From positions 1 through 61,425 of the forward strand of contig JAFOQN010000036.1 of the NCBI GenBank assembly GCA_017393775.1: DNA of 61,425 nt, given 5' to 3'. This DNA is from Clostridia bacterium. GTDB lineage: Bacteria > Bacillota > Clostridia > Christensenellales > CAG-138. Under the pieces are notes generated by a model. It made no database searches. It had not been told where the DNA came from and saw nothing but the letters and a program-made list of their open reading frames with translations. The translations under genes and the position numbers were made by a program. Shown in pieces: positions 52,918-60,804 of this stretch. Position 1 is the first letter of the stretch; every line of letters begins with the position of its first letter.

Positions 52918-53171
52918 GCAATCACCTCATTGATAATGATACCATAATACAGCTGAAAAAGCAAGGTCGTTATCATTTCCGCCGCAGTCGCGGATCCGCA
53001 AAGGATTGGCAGCAACCGTTTTCTTCGTGCGCGCGTCTACAACCGAACATGGCATGCGCGGGAAGTGCGTAACGGCACCTCTGTAACAATGCGAAGCAGA
53101 TTGGACAGAAAAAACCGCGCACGACATTTTGCGGCAAGGAAAAGCGTCGAAGTAATGCGATGATTTGTTCA

Positions 53172-53213
53172 TGAAATAAAAATCGCCGCGAGCTATCCAA
53201 AGCCCGCGGCGAT
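53172..53213 (-). terminator. intrinsic terminator of the tRNA operon
   Basis: A 9-bp stem ATCGCCGCG/CGCGGCGAT (53182-53190, 53205-53213) is followed on the minus strand by TTTTTATTT. Confidence 0.75.
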
Positions 53214-53214
53214 G

Positions 53215-53291
53215 TGGTCGAGGCGACTGGATTTGAACCAGCGGCCTTTTGGTCCCGAACCAAACGCGCTACCAAACTGCGCTACGCCTCG
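53215..53291 (-). tRNA. tRNA-Pro (anticodon CGG), CCA encoded
   Basis: Manual cloverleaf: acceptor CGAGGCG/CGCCTCG, D-arm GCGC-AGTTTGGTA-GCGC and anticodon arm TTTGG-TTCGGGA-CCAAA (CGG, G37). The T-arm has TTCAAAT and the 3' end is ACCA. Confidence 0.9.
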
Positions 53292-53295
53292 ACAT

Positions 53296-53371
53296 TGGAG
53301 CCAAAGAGGGGATTCGGACCCCTGACCTACGCATTACGAGTGCGTCGCTCTACCGACTGAGCTACTTTGGC
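53296..53371 (-). tRNA. tRNA-Thr (anticodon CGT), CCA encoded
   Basis: Manual cloverleaf: acceptor GCCAAAG/CTTTGGC, D-arm GCTC-AGTCGGTA-GAGC and anticodon arm ACGCA-CTCGTAA-TGCGT (CGT, A37). The T-arm is AGGGG-TCCGAAT-CCCCT and the 3' end is TCCA. Confidence 0.9.
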
Positions 53372-53382
53372 GGACCTTTTCT

Positions 53383-53410
53383 ATTATAGCAAACAATTTG
53401 TTTCTGTCAA
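53383..53410 (-). promoter_or_regulatory. consensus sigma-A promoter of the tRNA-Thr/Pro operon
   Basis: Minus strand reads TTGACA (53410-53405), a 16-nt spacer, then TATAAT (53388-53383), about 11 nt before the tRNA-Thr 5' end. Confidence 0.7.
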
Positions 53411-53527
53411 GTCTATTTTTTGTTTTTTTCCATATATCTTTCATCGGACGAGACATATGTTTTTTTCGTGACATTTGCCGTCTGTTATGATATGATAAAA
53501 TATCATGATCCGGAAAGAAGGAACCAT

Positions 53528-54280
53528 ATGAAACATAAGCTGATTCGGGCGGCATCGCTCCTGTTATTGATATGCCTTGCTGCAGCATGCGGCGGCAAAG
53601 GCGGTAAAGCATCCGAACGAGTCCTTGAAAAGTCCGCTGTCTGGACGCTCGGCGATCGCTACCCTCTCACCTACAGTTCTTTGGCATACGCTGCAAGCTA
53701 CGAGGCAAGCGGCGAGATGTTCACTCTGTCTGTCAGGCGGAACACCAAGGAAACCGGCATGTCCAAGAGCGTGAAAGAATCACGCAGCGTTGACGGTATT
53801 GTCTATGCGCTGTGCGAGAGTAAAAACAAGGACACTGACGGAAACGCTTTTTTCACATATTATGAGTGCTATACCGGCAGTTTCCGATATGTAATCGGCA
53901 GTGAAGACAGTTTGCTCCACATAGAAACCGTTCTTTCGATGGACGATGCGATTGCTCTGATTGCCGCGCCGGAATCGCCGCAGGACAGCGTCAAGCTTCT
54001 GGAAGCCGAATGGAGTGCGCAATACCGTACCGAAGCCTGCAACCTTGATATTCTCATACGTCCGAATGACAAAGACGCATTGGTAAAATCATTGTCTTCA
54101 TCCTACCGGCAGCAAACGGAAAACGGTGAAACGTATTATGTCTCTTCAGCCGGAGATGAGATCGTCTACTCTGACGGCACGAGCTCCGTGCAGATCCGAC
54201 AGGGAAACCGATCCGCGGAGAATATCACGAACTATCTTACACTGTCCGAATGCAAGGCGATCCTTACTCTTTTGAAATAA
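53528..54280 (+). CDS. hypothetical lipoprotein
   Basis: The start at 53528 (MKHKLIRAASLLLLICLAAACGG lipobox) has a GAAGGAA RBS. I recognise no family. The longest ORF starts at 53420. Confidence 0.7.
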   Translation: MKHKLIRAASLLLLICLAAACGGKGGKASERVLEKSAVWTLGDRYPLTYSSLAYAASYEASGEMFTLSVRRNTKETGMSKSVKESRSVDGIVYALCESKNKDTDGNAFFTYYECYTGSFRYVIGSEDSLLHIETVLSMDDAIALIAAPESPQDSVKLLEAEWSAQYRTEACNLDILIRPNDKDALVKSLSSSYRQQTENGETYYVSSAGDEIVYSDGTSSVQIRQGNRSAENITNYLTLSECKAILTLLK

Positions 54281-54301
54281 CAACAATCTCTCATCCTATC
54301 C

Positions 54302-54326
54302 GGGAGGCATTCGGCCTCCCTTTTTT
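54302..54326 (+). terminator. intrinsic terminator after the lipoprotein gene
   Basis: GGGAGGC-ATTCG-GCCTCCC followed by TTTTTT. Confidence 0.8.
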
Positions 54327-54525
54327 ATTTGACATGAATTGATCCTTCCGTTTGTGTTCTCATCTATTTGATTCGAATGCTCAATATTACGATCATAGTG
54401 TTTCTGATTAACGTTATAAATACTGTTATACATAAATTATCCCATTTTACTTTACATCTTGTTCACACTTTATTCAAGTCTTATTCATACTTTTATCGTG
54501 TATTTTTGGCGTTTCTTTCATAAAT

Positions 54526-54542
54526 TTCTGACAATTCTGACA
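54526..54542 (+). repeat. tandem direct repeat TTCTGACA-A-TTCTGACA (possible operator overlapping a -35)
   Basis: Two exact 8-mers at 54526-54533 and 54535-54542 lie about 50 nt upstream of the small-ORF start. TTTATA/TATACT -10-like hexamers sit at 54552-54559. Confidence 0.5.
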
Positions 54543-54590
54543 TATTTCTCCTTTATACTCTTAGTCAGATACAAGAAAGGAGATTTTGTG

Positions 54591-54701
54591 ATGAGTAACT
54601 TGGAAATGAAGAAATTGTATCGCCGGATCGAACGTGCCTCTCATCTTCGTTCGTACCTATTTTATCGGAAGTTGGCAGCACTGCTTTGCAGCTTATTTTG
54701 A
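54591..54701 (+). CDS. small ORF (36 aa), basic N-terminal half and hydrophobic C-terminus; function unknown
   Basis: MSNLEMKKLYRRIERASHLRSYLFYRKLAALLCSLF. An AAGGAG RBS (54577-54582) sits 8 nt upstream of the ATG, and a GC-rich hairpin follows the ORF. This is the only plausible coding segment within track ORF 54459..54701. Confidence 0.35.
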   Translation: MSNLEMKKLYRRIERASHLRSYLFYRKLAALLCSLF

Positions 54702-54713
54702 TCGGCACAACTG

Positions 54714-54753
54714 AACCGCAGGGCTTCTGTCGGCTGCTACGGCAGCTGCGGTT
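54714..54753 (+). terminator. GC-rich hairpin downstream of the small ORF (terminator-like)
   Basis: An 8-bp outer stem AACCGCAG/CTGCGGTT (54714-54721, 54746-54753) competes with an alternative inner GCTGC/GCAGC pairing. TTGATTCAATATCTTTTT follows. Confidence 0.35.
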
Positions 54754-54776
54754 TGATTCAATATCTTTTTGAAATA

Positions 54777-54811
54777 CAAAAAAAGAAGCGCTATTTGTGC
54801 GCTTCTTTTTC
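54777..54811. terminator. bidirectional intrinsic terminator
   Basis: An 8-bp stem AGAAGCGC/GCGCTTCT (54784-54791, 54799-54806) is flanked by an A-run and a T-run, just downstream of the minus-strand metallophosphoesterase gene. Confidence 0.75.
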
Positions 54812-54818
54812 TATGGAT

Positions 54819-55958
54819 TCAATGTTCGATCTTCCACGGCAGCGGCAGCGTGAACTCTTCGTTGTTTTCATCGAACGGATAATACTCTTCGCGGTTGTTC
54901 GGATCGTCAAACCGGTTGAAGTCGTTCAGGAACGGCGAATACGTCAGATGATGCATTGTCCCCGCCGCTTCATTGATTTGTATCAGCCGAAGGTATCCCC
55001 CGCCTCCGTCACGCAGCGACGCCTGATAGTTGAACAGCAACTGGTAAACCGTGCGGTCGTCTTTGCCGTCCCCGTCGTCGTCAAACGATTCCGGGAAGCA
55101 GTATGCGCCGTACTTGTGCCCGCATAAGACCATATACAGATTCGGCGTTTTTTGAACCACGCGGCTGTACCACTTTTTTCCGTCATCGGACAGCGTCAAT
55201 TGCTTTGTGTAGTAGTCATGCAGGCAAAGGACACCGATGCGATCGGGATACTCCCTAAACACACCCCCCGCCCATTTGATTGCCTTTCCGGACGGTTCAA
55301 ATCCCATGTAGACAAACAGATACTGCGTTTCTCCGATCGTGATCAGGTCATAGTGTCCGCGATTGTTTTCAAAGCTTCCGCCGTACCACGGCTTGTCCCG
55401 ATACCGTTTTTCTCCGAATCGCGCGCAGAATGTTTCGTAGCCGACCGGCGCCCCCATGTCATGATTGCCGGCGAGTACGCCGTTCGGAATCTCATCGATC
55501 ATGCTCTGCGCCTGATCCGCCACATCCCATTCCGATGCGGAATCGACCGTATCCACAAGATCTCCCGTATTGATGATGTACGCAAGGTGCAGCGCATCTT
55601 GATGGTCGCGCAAAAAAGACGTCATCGCATAATAGGTCTCCGGGAACAGTCTGGAATAATGCTGTGGGTCGCTTATCCACGCAATCGTATAGACGCCATC
55701 CGGCGCTGCGTATTTCTGTAAAAGCGGCGTCGGTTCCGGCGTCGGTGCTTCGGTCGGCGTCCGCGTTTGCTCCGGCGTCGGCGGAACGGTTGCGACTGCC
55801 ATGACCGCCGATGGATTTTCCGATGCGCGCACAACGATTTCTTCCGTTTCGATATACGGAGCAGCGCTCTTCATAGGCTGCTGTTCCTTTTGCACCTTAC
55901 ATCCGGTCAAAAACAGCAGTCCGACAATCCACAGCAAAATCAGTTGAAAACGCTTCAC
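54819..55958 (-). CDS. calcineurin-like metallophosphoesterase, predicted lipoprotein
   Basis: NTGDLVD and LAGNHDMG motifs. The probable GTG start at 55958 (VKRFQLILLWIVGLLFLTGC lipobox) has a GGAGGAAGG RBS. The longest ORF (TTG) starts at 56015. Confidence 0.8.
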   Translation of the reverse strand: MKRFQLILLWIVGLLFLTGCKVQKEQQPMKSAAPYIETEEIVVRASENPSAVMAVATVPPTPEQTRTPTEAPTPEPTPLLQKYAAPDGVYTIAWISDPQHYSRLFPETYYAMTSFLRDHQDALHLAYIINTGDLVDTVDSASEWDVADQAQSMIDEIPNGVLAGNHDMGAPVGYETFCARFGEKRYRDKPWYGGSFENNRGHYDLITIGETQYLFVYMGFEPSGKAIKWAGGVFREYPDRIGVLCLHDYYTKQLTLSDDGKKWYSRVVQKTPNLYMVLCGHKYGAYCFPESFDDDGDGKDDRTVYQLLFNYQASLRDGGGGYLRLIQINEAAGTMHHLTYSPFLNDFNRFDDPNNREEYYPFDENNEEFTLPLPWKIEH

Positions 55959-56028
55959 AGGCCTTCCTCCGAACCTACTTTGCTGTATCGTATCACGATT
56001 GGAAAAGTCTGTCAAATGTGTTCACACG

Positions 56029-56058
56029 GTTTGACTCCGTTTCGGAACGGACAAACTA
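56029..56058 (+). promoter_or_regulatory. candidate forespore (sigma-F/G-type) promoter for the sigG-like gene
   Basis: GTTTG (56029-56033), a 15-nt spacer, then GGACAAACTA (56049-56058). The B. subtilis sigma-F pattern is GyATA-15-GGnnAnAnTA, so the -10 fits and the -35 matches 3/5. The leader would be very short. Confidence 0.3.
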
Positions 56059-56078
56059 TCATTCGGAGGTGAATCATT

Positions 56079-56852
56079 TTGCAGAAAGTTGAGATCACAA
56101 GCATAGATACATCCAGTCTTCCGCGGCTCAAGCCGGACGAGATGCACGCGCTTTTGGAGCGTGCCAAAGCCGGTGACGCAGATGCGCGGGAACGCTTTAT
56201 CTATTCAAATCTGAGACTTGTTCTCTCCGTTGTCCAGCGGTTTGCCGGTCGCGGCGAAATTGCAGACGATCTGTTTCAAGTCGGCTGCATCGGTCTCATA
56301 AAGTCCGTAGACGGCTTTGATCTGAAGCAAAACGTGCGCTTTTCCACATATGCGGTACCGATGATCGCCGGTGAGATCCGAAGGCATCTGCGCGATTACA
56401 GCGCAGTTCGCGTGCCGCGTTCCATGCGCGATACCGCATACCGCGCCATGCAGGCGAAGCTGCGGCTGACCGATGCGCTTTCACGCGAGCCGACCGTCGG
56501 CGAGATTGCAAAGGACCTCGGCATTGCGGAATCGGACGTTGTATTTGCGCTCGATGCGATCTCCGATCCGGTCTCGCTCTATGATCCGGTGTTCAATGCC
56601 GACGACGATACACTGTGCGTGCTGGACCAGATTTGTGACCCGAAGGACAGCGAGTCCAAAAGGATCGATTCGATTGCGCTCAAAGAGGGGCTTTCGCACC
56701 TCGGTGAACGCGACCGGAAGATCCTGAACCTTCGATATTTTGCCTGTAAAACACAGGTGGAGGTGTCAAAGGAGATCGGTATCTCGCAGGCACAGGTATC
56801 GCGGCTCGAAAAAAGCGCGCTGCATCAGCTTGAAAAGTATGTCCGTTTATGA
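56079..56852 (+). CDS. sigG: forespore-type sporulation sigma factor (SigG-like; SigF not excluded)
   Basis: 257 aa with a TTG start after a [49 protein letters not shown]...[21 protein letters not shown] closely mirrors B. subtilis SigG/SigF regions 2.1-2.4. The region 4.2 HTH is [22 protein letters not shown]. Confidence 0.8.
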   Translation: MQKVEITSIDTSSLPRLKPDEMHALLERAKAGDADARERFIYSNLRLVLSVVQRFAGRGEIADDLFQVGCIGLIKSVDGFDLKQNVRFSTYAVPMIAGEIRRHLRDYSAVRVPRSMRDTAYRAMQAKLRLTDALSREPTVGEIAKDLGIAESDVVFALDAISDPVSLYDPVFNADDDTLCVLDQICDPKDSESKRIDSIALKEGLSHLGERDRKILNLRYFACKTQVEVSKEIGISQAQVSRLEKSALHQLEKYVRL

Positions 56853-57560
56853 CTGCATCCGCACGATCTCGCGCTTCAACCGCTTCATGATCCGCTTTTC
56901 GAGACGGCTGATGTAGCTTTGGGAAATACCCATTGCATCCGCGACCTGCTTCTGCGTACGCGCCTCGCCGCTTTTCAGTCCAAAACGCATATCGATAATG
57001 TCCCGCTCACGGTCCGTGAGCTTTGCAAGCGCTTTTTCAAGAAGCTCGCGCTCAACTTCATCCTCCATATCGCGGCTGACAACATCCGGATCCGTGCCGA
57101 GTACATCTGAAAGCAGAAGCTCGTTCCCGTCCCAATCGACGTTCAGCGGCTCGTCAAAGCTGACCTCCAGCTTCAGCTTCGTCGTGCGTCTCAGATGCAT
57201 AAGGATCTCGTTTTCGATGCAGCGGGATGCGTAGGTCGCAAGCTTGATCTTCTTCTCAGCCTTGAACGTCTCCACAGCTTTGATCAAGCCGATCGTTCCG
57301 ATGCTGATCAGATCCTCCGTCTGCACGCCGGTGTTTTCGAATTTTCTTGCCAGATATACGACCAACCGCAGGTTATGCACGATCAGCTTATCCTTCGCCG
57401 CCTTATCGGTCTGTGCAAGCGCGATGCACCGCGCTTCCTCCTCCGGATCCAGCGGCGGCGGAAGGCCCTCGCTTGCGTGAACGTACCATAAGATATCGCG
57501 CCTGCCAATGCGCAGCCGCACGAGCAGGCGAGCCCAGATGCGATACAGCCATGCTATCAT
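56847..57560 (-). CDS. sigE: pro-sigma-E sporulation sigma factor
   Basis: The start at 57560 ([19 protein letters not shown]...[11 protein letters not shown] pro-sequence) has a GGAGG RBS 7 nt upstream. [38 protein letters not shown] matches SigE. It lies directly downstream of spoIIGA. Confidence 0.9.
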   Translation of the reverse strand: MIAWLYRIWARLLVRLRIGRRDILWYVHASEGLPPPLDPEEEARCIALAQTDKAAKDKLIVHNLRLVVYLARKFENTGVQTEDLISIGTIGLIKAVETFKAEKKIKLATYASRCIENEILMHLRRTTKLKLEVSFDEPLNVDWDGNELLLSDVLGTDPDVVSRDMEDEVERELLEKALAKLTDRERDIIDMRFGLKSGEARTQKQVADAMGISQSYISRLEKRIMKRLKREIVRMQS

Positions 57561-58332
57561 CTCTTGTCCTCCAATCATACGGTAAAAGGCTTTCCGGCAA
57601 AACTGCCTGTGCTTTCCCGATCGGCGTCGGCGCCTGTACGCAGATACAGTCGACTTTTACATTGCCGAAGCCGGTCAGGATCACGGTGCGCGGTCGTTCT
57701 CCGTACAGAATGCCGCTTCCTGAGAGTTTTTCAAACGGGACGGGCAGCAGCGGGCGGTCGATCGGCCGATTGATCAAAACCACCGGAAGTCCGGTCATCG
57801 GCTCTTTCAACAGGTTCCCGCTGTCGATCAATGCATCAAGATGGTATGTATGCCAAGTAAGGCGGATGACTATCTCCGTATGCAGCGCATGTCTTTTTCG
57901 GATCTCCGTGAGCTTACGAATCATGCGCGGCAGGCAAAGCGCCGCAAACGCCGAAAGCAGCGCAGCGCGAACCGGCACTGTCCCGATGATGGTTCCGTCC
58001 GAATATACACTTCCGCCGAGCTGAATCGTCAGAAGCATTGCGGTGCCGCCGGTGAGCGCCGCCGAAAGCAGCAGAAACGGAAGCGATCTCCACGCGCCCG
58101 CCCTTCGAAATAGCAACAGGGAAACGACTAGAAAGCTCGGAATTTTCAAAAACGGCTCCCGAAGCAGCGGAAGCCAGAACAGCGAAGCCAATGCATATAC
58201 CGCTCCGATCAGCGAAGCGGCGGCCGTCGGAAGCATCCGGATCCGAACGCCCATCCATGCCGCCGCAAGCAGATATACGCAGCAGTTCATCAGCGTGTTG
58301 TCCAGCAAAAACGGTTCGATCGTTATCTTCAT
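57403..58332 (-). CDS. spoIIGA: sigma-E processing aspartic peptidase SpoIIGA (the reading frame runs 158 nt into sigE)
   Basis: 309-aa ORF with a 5-TM N-terminal half and the LIDSGNLL aspartic-protease motif. The last ~55 aa ([23 protein letters not shown]...) are Arg/Ala/Ser-rich and overlap sigE out of frame. Confidence 0.8.
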   Translation of the reverse strand: MKITIEPFLLDNTLMNCCVYLLAAAWMGVRIRMLPTAAASLIGAVYALASLFWLPLLREPFLKIPSFLVVSLLLFRRAGAWRSLPFLLLSAALTGGTAMLLTIQLGGSVYSDGTIIGTVPVRAALLSAFAALCLPRMIRKLTEIRKRHALHTEIVIRLTWHTYHLDALIDSGNLLKEPMTGLPVVLINRPIDRPLLPVPFEKLSGSGILYGERPRTVILTGFGNVKVDCICVQAPTPIGKAQAVLPESLLPYDWRTRDDSMAVSHLGSPARAAAHWQARYLMVRSRKRGPSAAAGSGGGSAVHRACTDR

Positions 58333-60599
58333 GCGACAAGAATCACCATGACCGTCATATCGTCCGATCCGCCTCTTTCCTCGGCGATTTTAATCAATGC
58401 TTCGCCGGTCTTTTGTCCGGAACGGTCCATCGAACGGATCGCTTCCTCTACGCCCTCCGGCAGTACATCCTGCACACCGTCGGAACAGAGAACGATACGG
58501 TCGTTTCGCTGAAGTTTCAGCCGAATCACGCTCGGTTTTGCTTCCGCAAGAATCCCGCATGGCAGCGCCTCCCCGCAAATTGCGCTGATCTGCCCGTCCC
58601 GCAAAAGAAAGCTCGGCGGCGCGCCGTACTTCAAAAGCTCGGCATCGCCCGTATGCAGATCGATCGACAGCGCATCGAGCGTTGCATACATTTCCGATTC
58701 ATTCTGCGCAAGAAGCATGCGGTTGACGTTTTCATAAACCAGATCCTTCTCTACGCCCGCGTTATACAGTCGGAAAAGCAGTCGAATGGCGGCTTCACTT
58801 TCGCTTCGCGCGCGGGAGCCGCTTCCCATCCCGTCCGAAAGCGCAAAGCAGACCCTTCCGCCGGGAATACGGCATTCGCCGGTTGCGTCCCCGCTGACAA
58901 TGTCATCTGCGGCAGTTTTTGACACCTGTGCGGTTGCATGCAGCTCGGCGTCCTGCTCAAACCGGAACGAGACGCGTTCTTCGTTCTGTGCGGCGCGAAT
59001 ACAGCGAAGGCGATACCCACATGCCTGCTCGATCTGCCGCTGGACTGCGGCGTGACGGGTTTTCAACGGTCTGCGAATCCGCACGGAAATGATTTCGGAA
59101 CCGTCCGTTTCATAGACGTCCAGTGTCTCCACATCATATCCGGCTTCTGTGAGTCGGTCTCCGATGCGCTGTTTTCTGAGCGCTGTGTCACGGGATCGTC
59201 CGCGCATTTCCCGCGCATAGGTGCACAGCGCCGCTCCGGCGCCCGAAAGCTGCCGTTCGGCGAACCCGGACTGCAATCGCGCCTGCCTGCTGACCGCATT
59301 GCGGTTCTGCGCCTGCTGATAGGAAAGCAGGACGGATGCGCATAGGTCGCCGAAATGCCGGCAGTTTTCGTCGATCGGTTCGATCGGTGAAACGCGGCTG
59401 CCCTTCCCTGCCTCTCCGGCGAGCGCAACAACCGCTTCCTGCATCAGATCCGGATCCCTCCAGCACTGCCGACGTATCTCGCAGCTTCGGCAAATCGCCA
59501 ACGCGCCTTGTACCGTCCATTTGCCGACAGCATTGTCATCCTCCGGTACAGGATGAAACATGCCGGAAAAGCCGCCGAGCAGCTTTCCCATACGCTCCAG
59601 CTCCTGCGAAGTACGATGCTCCGTTCTCTTTACGGATTCCGACGCATTGTGTTCTATATACATGCGTGGATCGGCAAAAAGCCTGACGGAGGAAAGAAAG
59701 CTTTTCGGCGTCAGCAGAAAAAACAGCGCGCTGCACAAAAGATTCGGGATGCTCATCGCATATGCTTCACGAACTGCGAACGAATGAAACAGCAGCCCGG
59801 ACAGAATAAATGTGCCGATGATCATCGGTTTTCCCTTATCGCGCAAAGCCGCTGCACCCAGCGCGCCAAGCGCAACGCTCCCGATCAAGGTCGGATCCGA
59901 ACCGGTATACAGCGTCAGCAGGATCGACCACAGCGTACCCGCCGCCGCGCCGGCCATGCCGCGCACCGAAACGGCAATCATCGTCAGTAAAACGAGCAGA
60001 GAAACGGGAAGCGACCACTCGAGAAATACGGCATCCGATACGGTAAGAATGAAGGCTCCCATTCCGAGCGCCGCTGCGATCTGCTCTGCATCGGTGATCA
60101 GCCGCGCTCGATCGATCGTTTTGACCATGAGGCAGATACGACGAAAGCACATGGCCGATAATACCGACACGGACAGCGAAATCATGCCGTATAAAGCCTC
60201 GTCCATTCCGTAGATCAGAGAGATCGGGAGCGTTGCGATCATGCACAGCGTAAAGATCAAAAAACGGACCGTCGGTGTACATTTCTTTCGAAACAGCACA
60301 ACAAGTCTTGTGATTCCCCAATACAACAGTGCGGCGGAAACGCCCTGCCAATATGGCTTCGATTCCGCAAACGCGCCGAGGATGATCCCGCCGACAACCG
60401 CCGCCGGTTCAAATCCGGCAAGCTGACAGCCGAGCAGCAGTCCCATCGATAACGGGGCGTGCAGTCCGTGGATGCGAATCCGGGAGAGAAGCAGCGCGTA
60501 AAGAAAGCCGCCGATCATGACGACCGTCCCGATCAACGGTTCCGACCTGTTTGCAGTTGTTCCGTTCCTCTTTCGCATACCGGAATTGTACCGGATCAT
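58329..60599 (-). CDS. spoIIE: stage II sporulation protein E (membrane PP2C phosphatase)
   Basis: 756 aa with ~10 N-terminal TM segments and a C-terminal PP2C domain (FALSDGMGSGSRA, VLCSDGV, DDMTVMVI). The stop overlaps the spoIIGA start as ATGA. Confidence 0.9.
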   Translation of the reverse strand: MIRYNSGMRKRNGTTANRSEPLIGTVVMIGGFLYALLLSRIRIHGLHAPLSMGLLLGCQLAGFEPAAVVGGIILGAFAESKPYWQGVSAALLYWGITRLVVLFRKKCTPTVRFLIFTLCMIATLPISLIYGMDEALYGMISLSVSVLSAMCFRRICLMVKTIDRARLITDAEQIAAALGMGAFILTVSDAVFLEWSLPVSLLVLLTMIAVSVRGMAGAAAGTLWSILLTLYTGSDPTLIGSVALGALGAAALRDKGKPMIIGTFILSGLLFHSFAVREAYAMSIPNLLCSALFFLLTPKSFLSSVRLFADPRMYIEHNASESVKRTEHRTSQELERMGKLLGGFSGMFHPVPEDDNAVGKWTVQGALAICRSCEIRRQCWRDPDLMQEAVVALAGEAGKGSRVSPIEPIDENCRHFGDLCASVLLSYQQAQNRNAVSRQARLQSGFAERQLSGAGAALCTYAREMRGRSRDTALRKQRIGDRLTEAGYDVETLDVYETDGSEIISVRIRRPLKTRHAAVQRQIEQACGYRLRCIRAAQNEERVSFRFEQDAELHATAQVSKTAADDIVSGDATGECRIPGGRVCFALSDGMGSGSRARSESEAAIRLLFRLYNAGVEKDLVYENVNRMLLAQNESEMYATLDALSIDLHTGDAELLKYGAPPSFLLRDGQISAICGEALPCGILAEAKPSVIRLKLQRNDRIVLCSDGVQDVLPEGVEEAIRSMDRSGQKTGEALIKIAEERGGSDDMTVMVILVA

Positions 60600-60719
60600 A
60601 CCGGTGTTTGTCCGGCTTTCTGTGTCGGGAATCCGGCGTATTCCGTCGTCCCGTTCCGATTGGATTCGACCGGATTTATGACGGAATGCTGCATTTCGCT
60701 TCGATCCGGCAGAATCATC

Positions 60720-60748
60720 TTGCCCGATGCTGTCGGATATGCTATAAT
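60720..60748 (+). promoter_or_regulatory. sigma-A promoter for the tmk-like gene
   Basis: TTGCCC (60720-60725), a 17-nt spacer, then TATAAT (60743-60748). Confidence 0.5.
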
Positions 60749-60804
60749 TGTTTTAAACGGATCGAAAATCGGTAAATGTGCGCGCACATATGGGAGGGAT
60801 ACGT

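Noticed and set aside
52973-53612. Track ORFs 52973-53275 and 53334-53612 on the minus strand.
   Set aside because: They read straight through the tRNA-Pro and tRNA-Thr genes and their promoter. The tRNA cloverleaves explain the sequence.
53372-54818. The lipoprotein gene plus the AT-rich DNA next to the tRNA genes as an integrated mobile element.
   Set aside because: There is no integrase, recombinase or phage gene. I could find no direct repeat of a tRNA 3' end. The segment also lies on the 5' (promoter) side of the tRNA operon, not at a tRNA 3' end.
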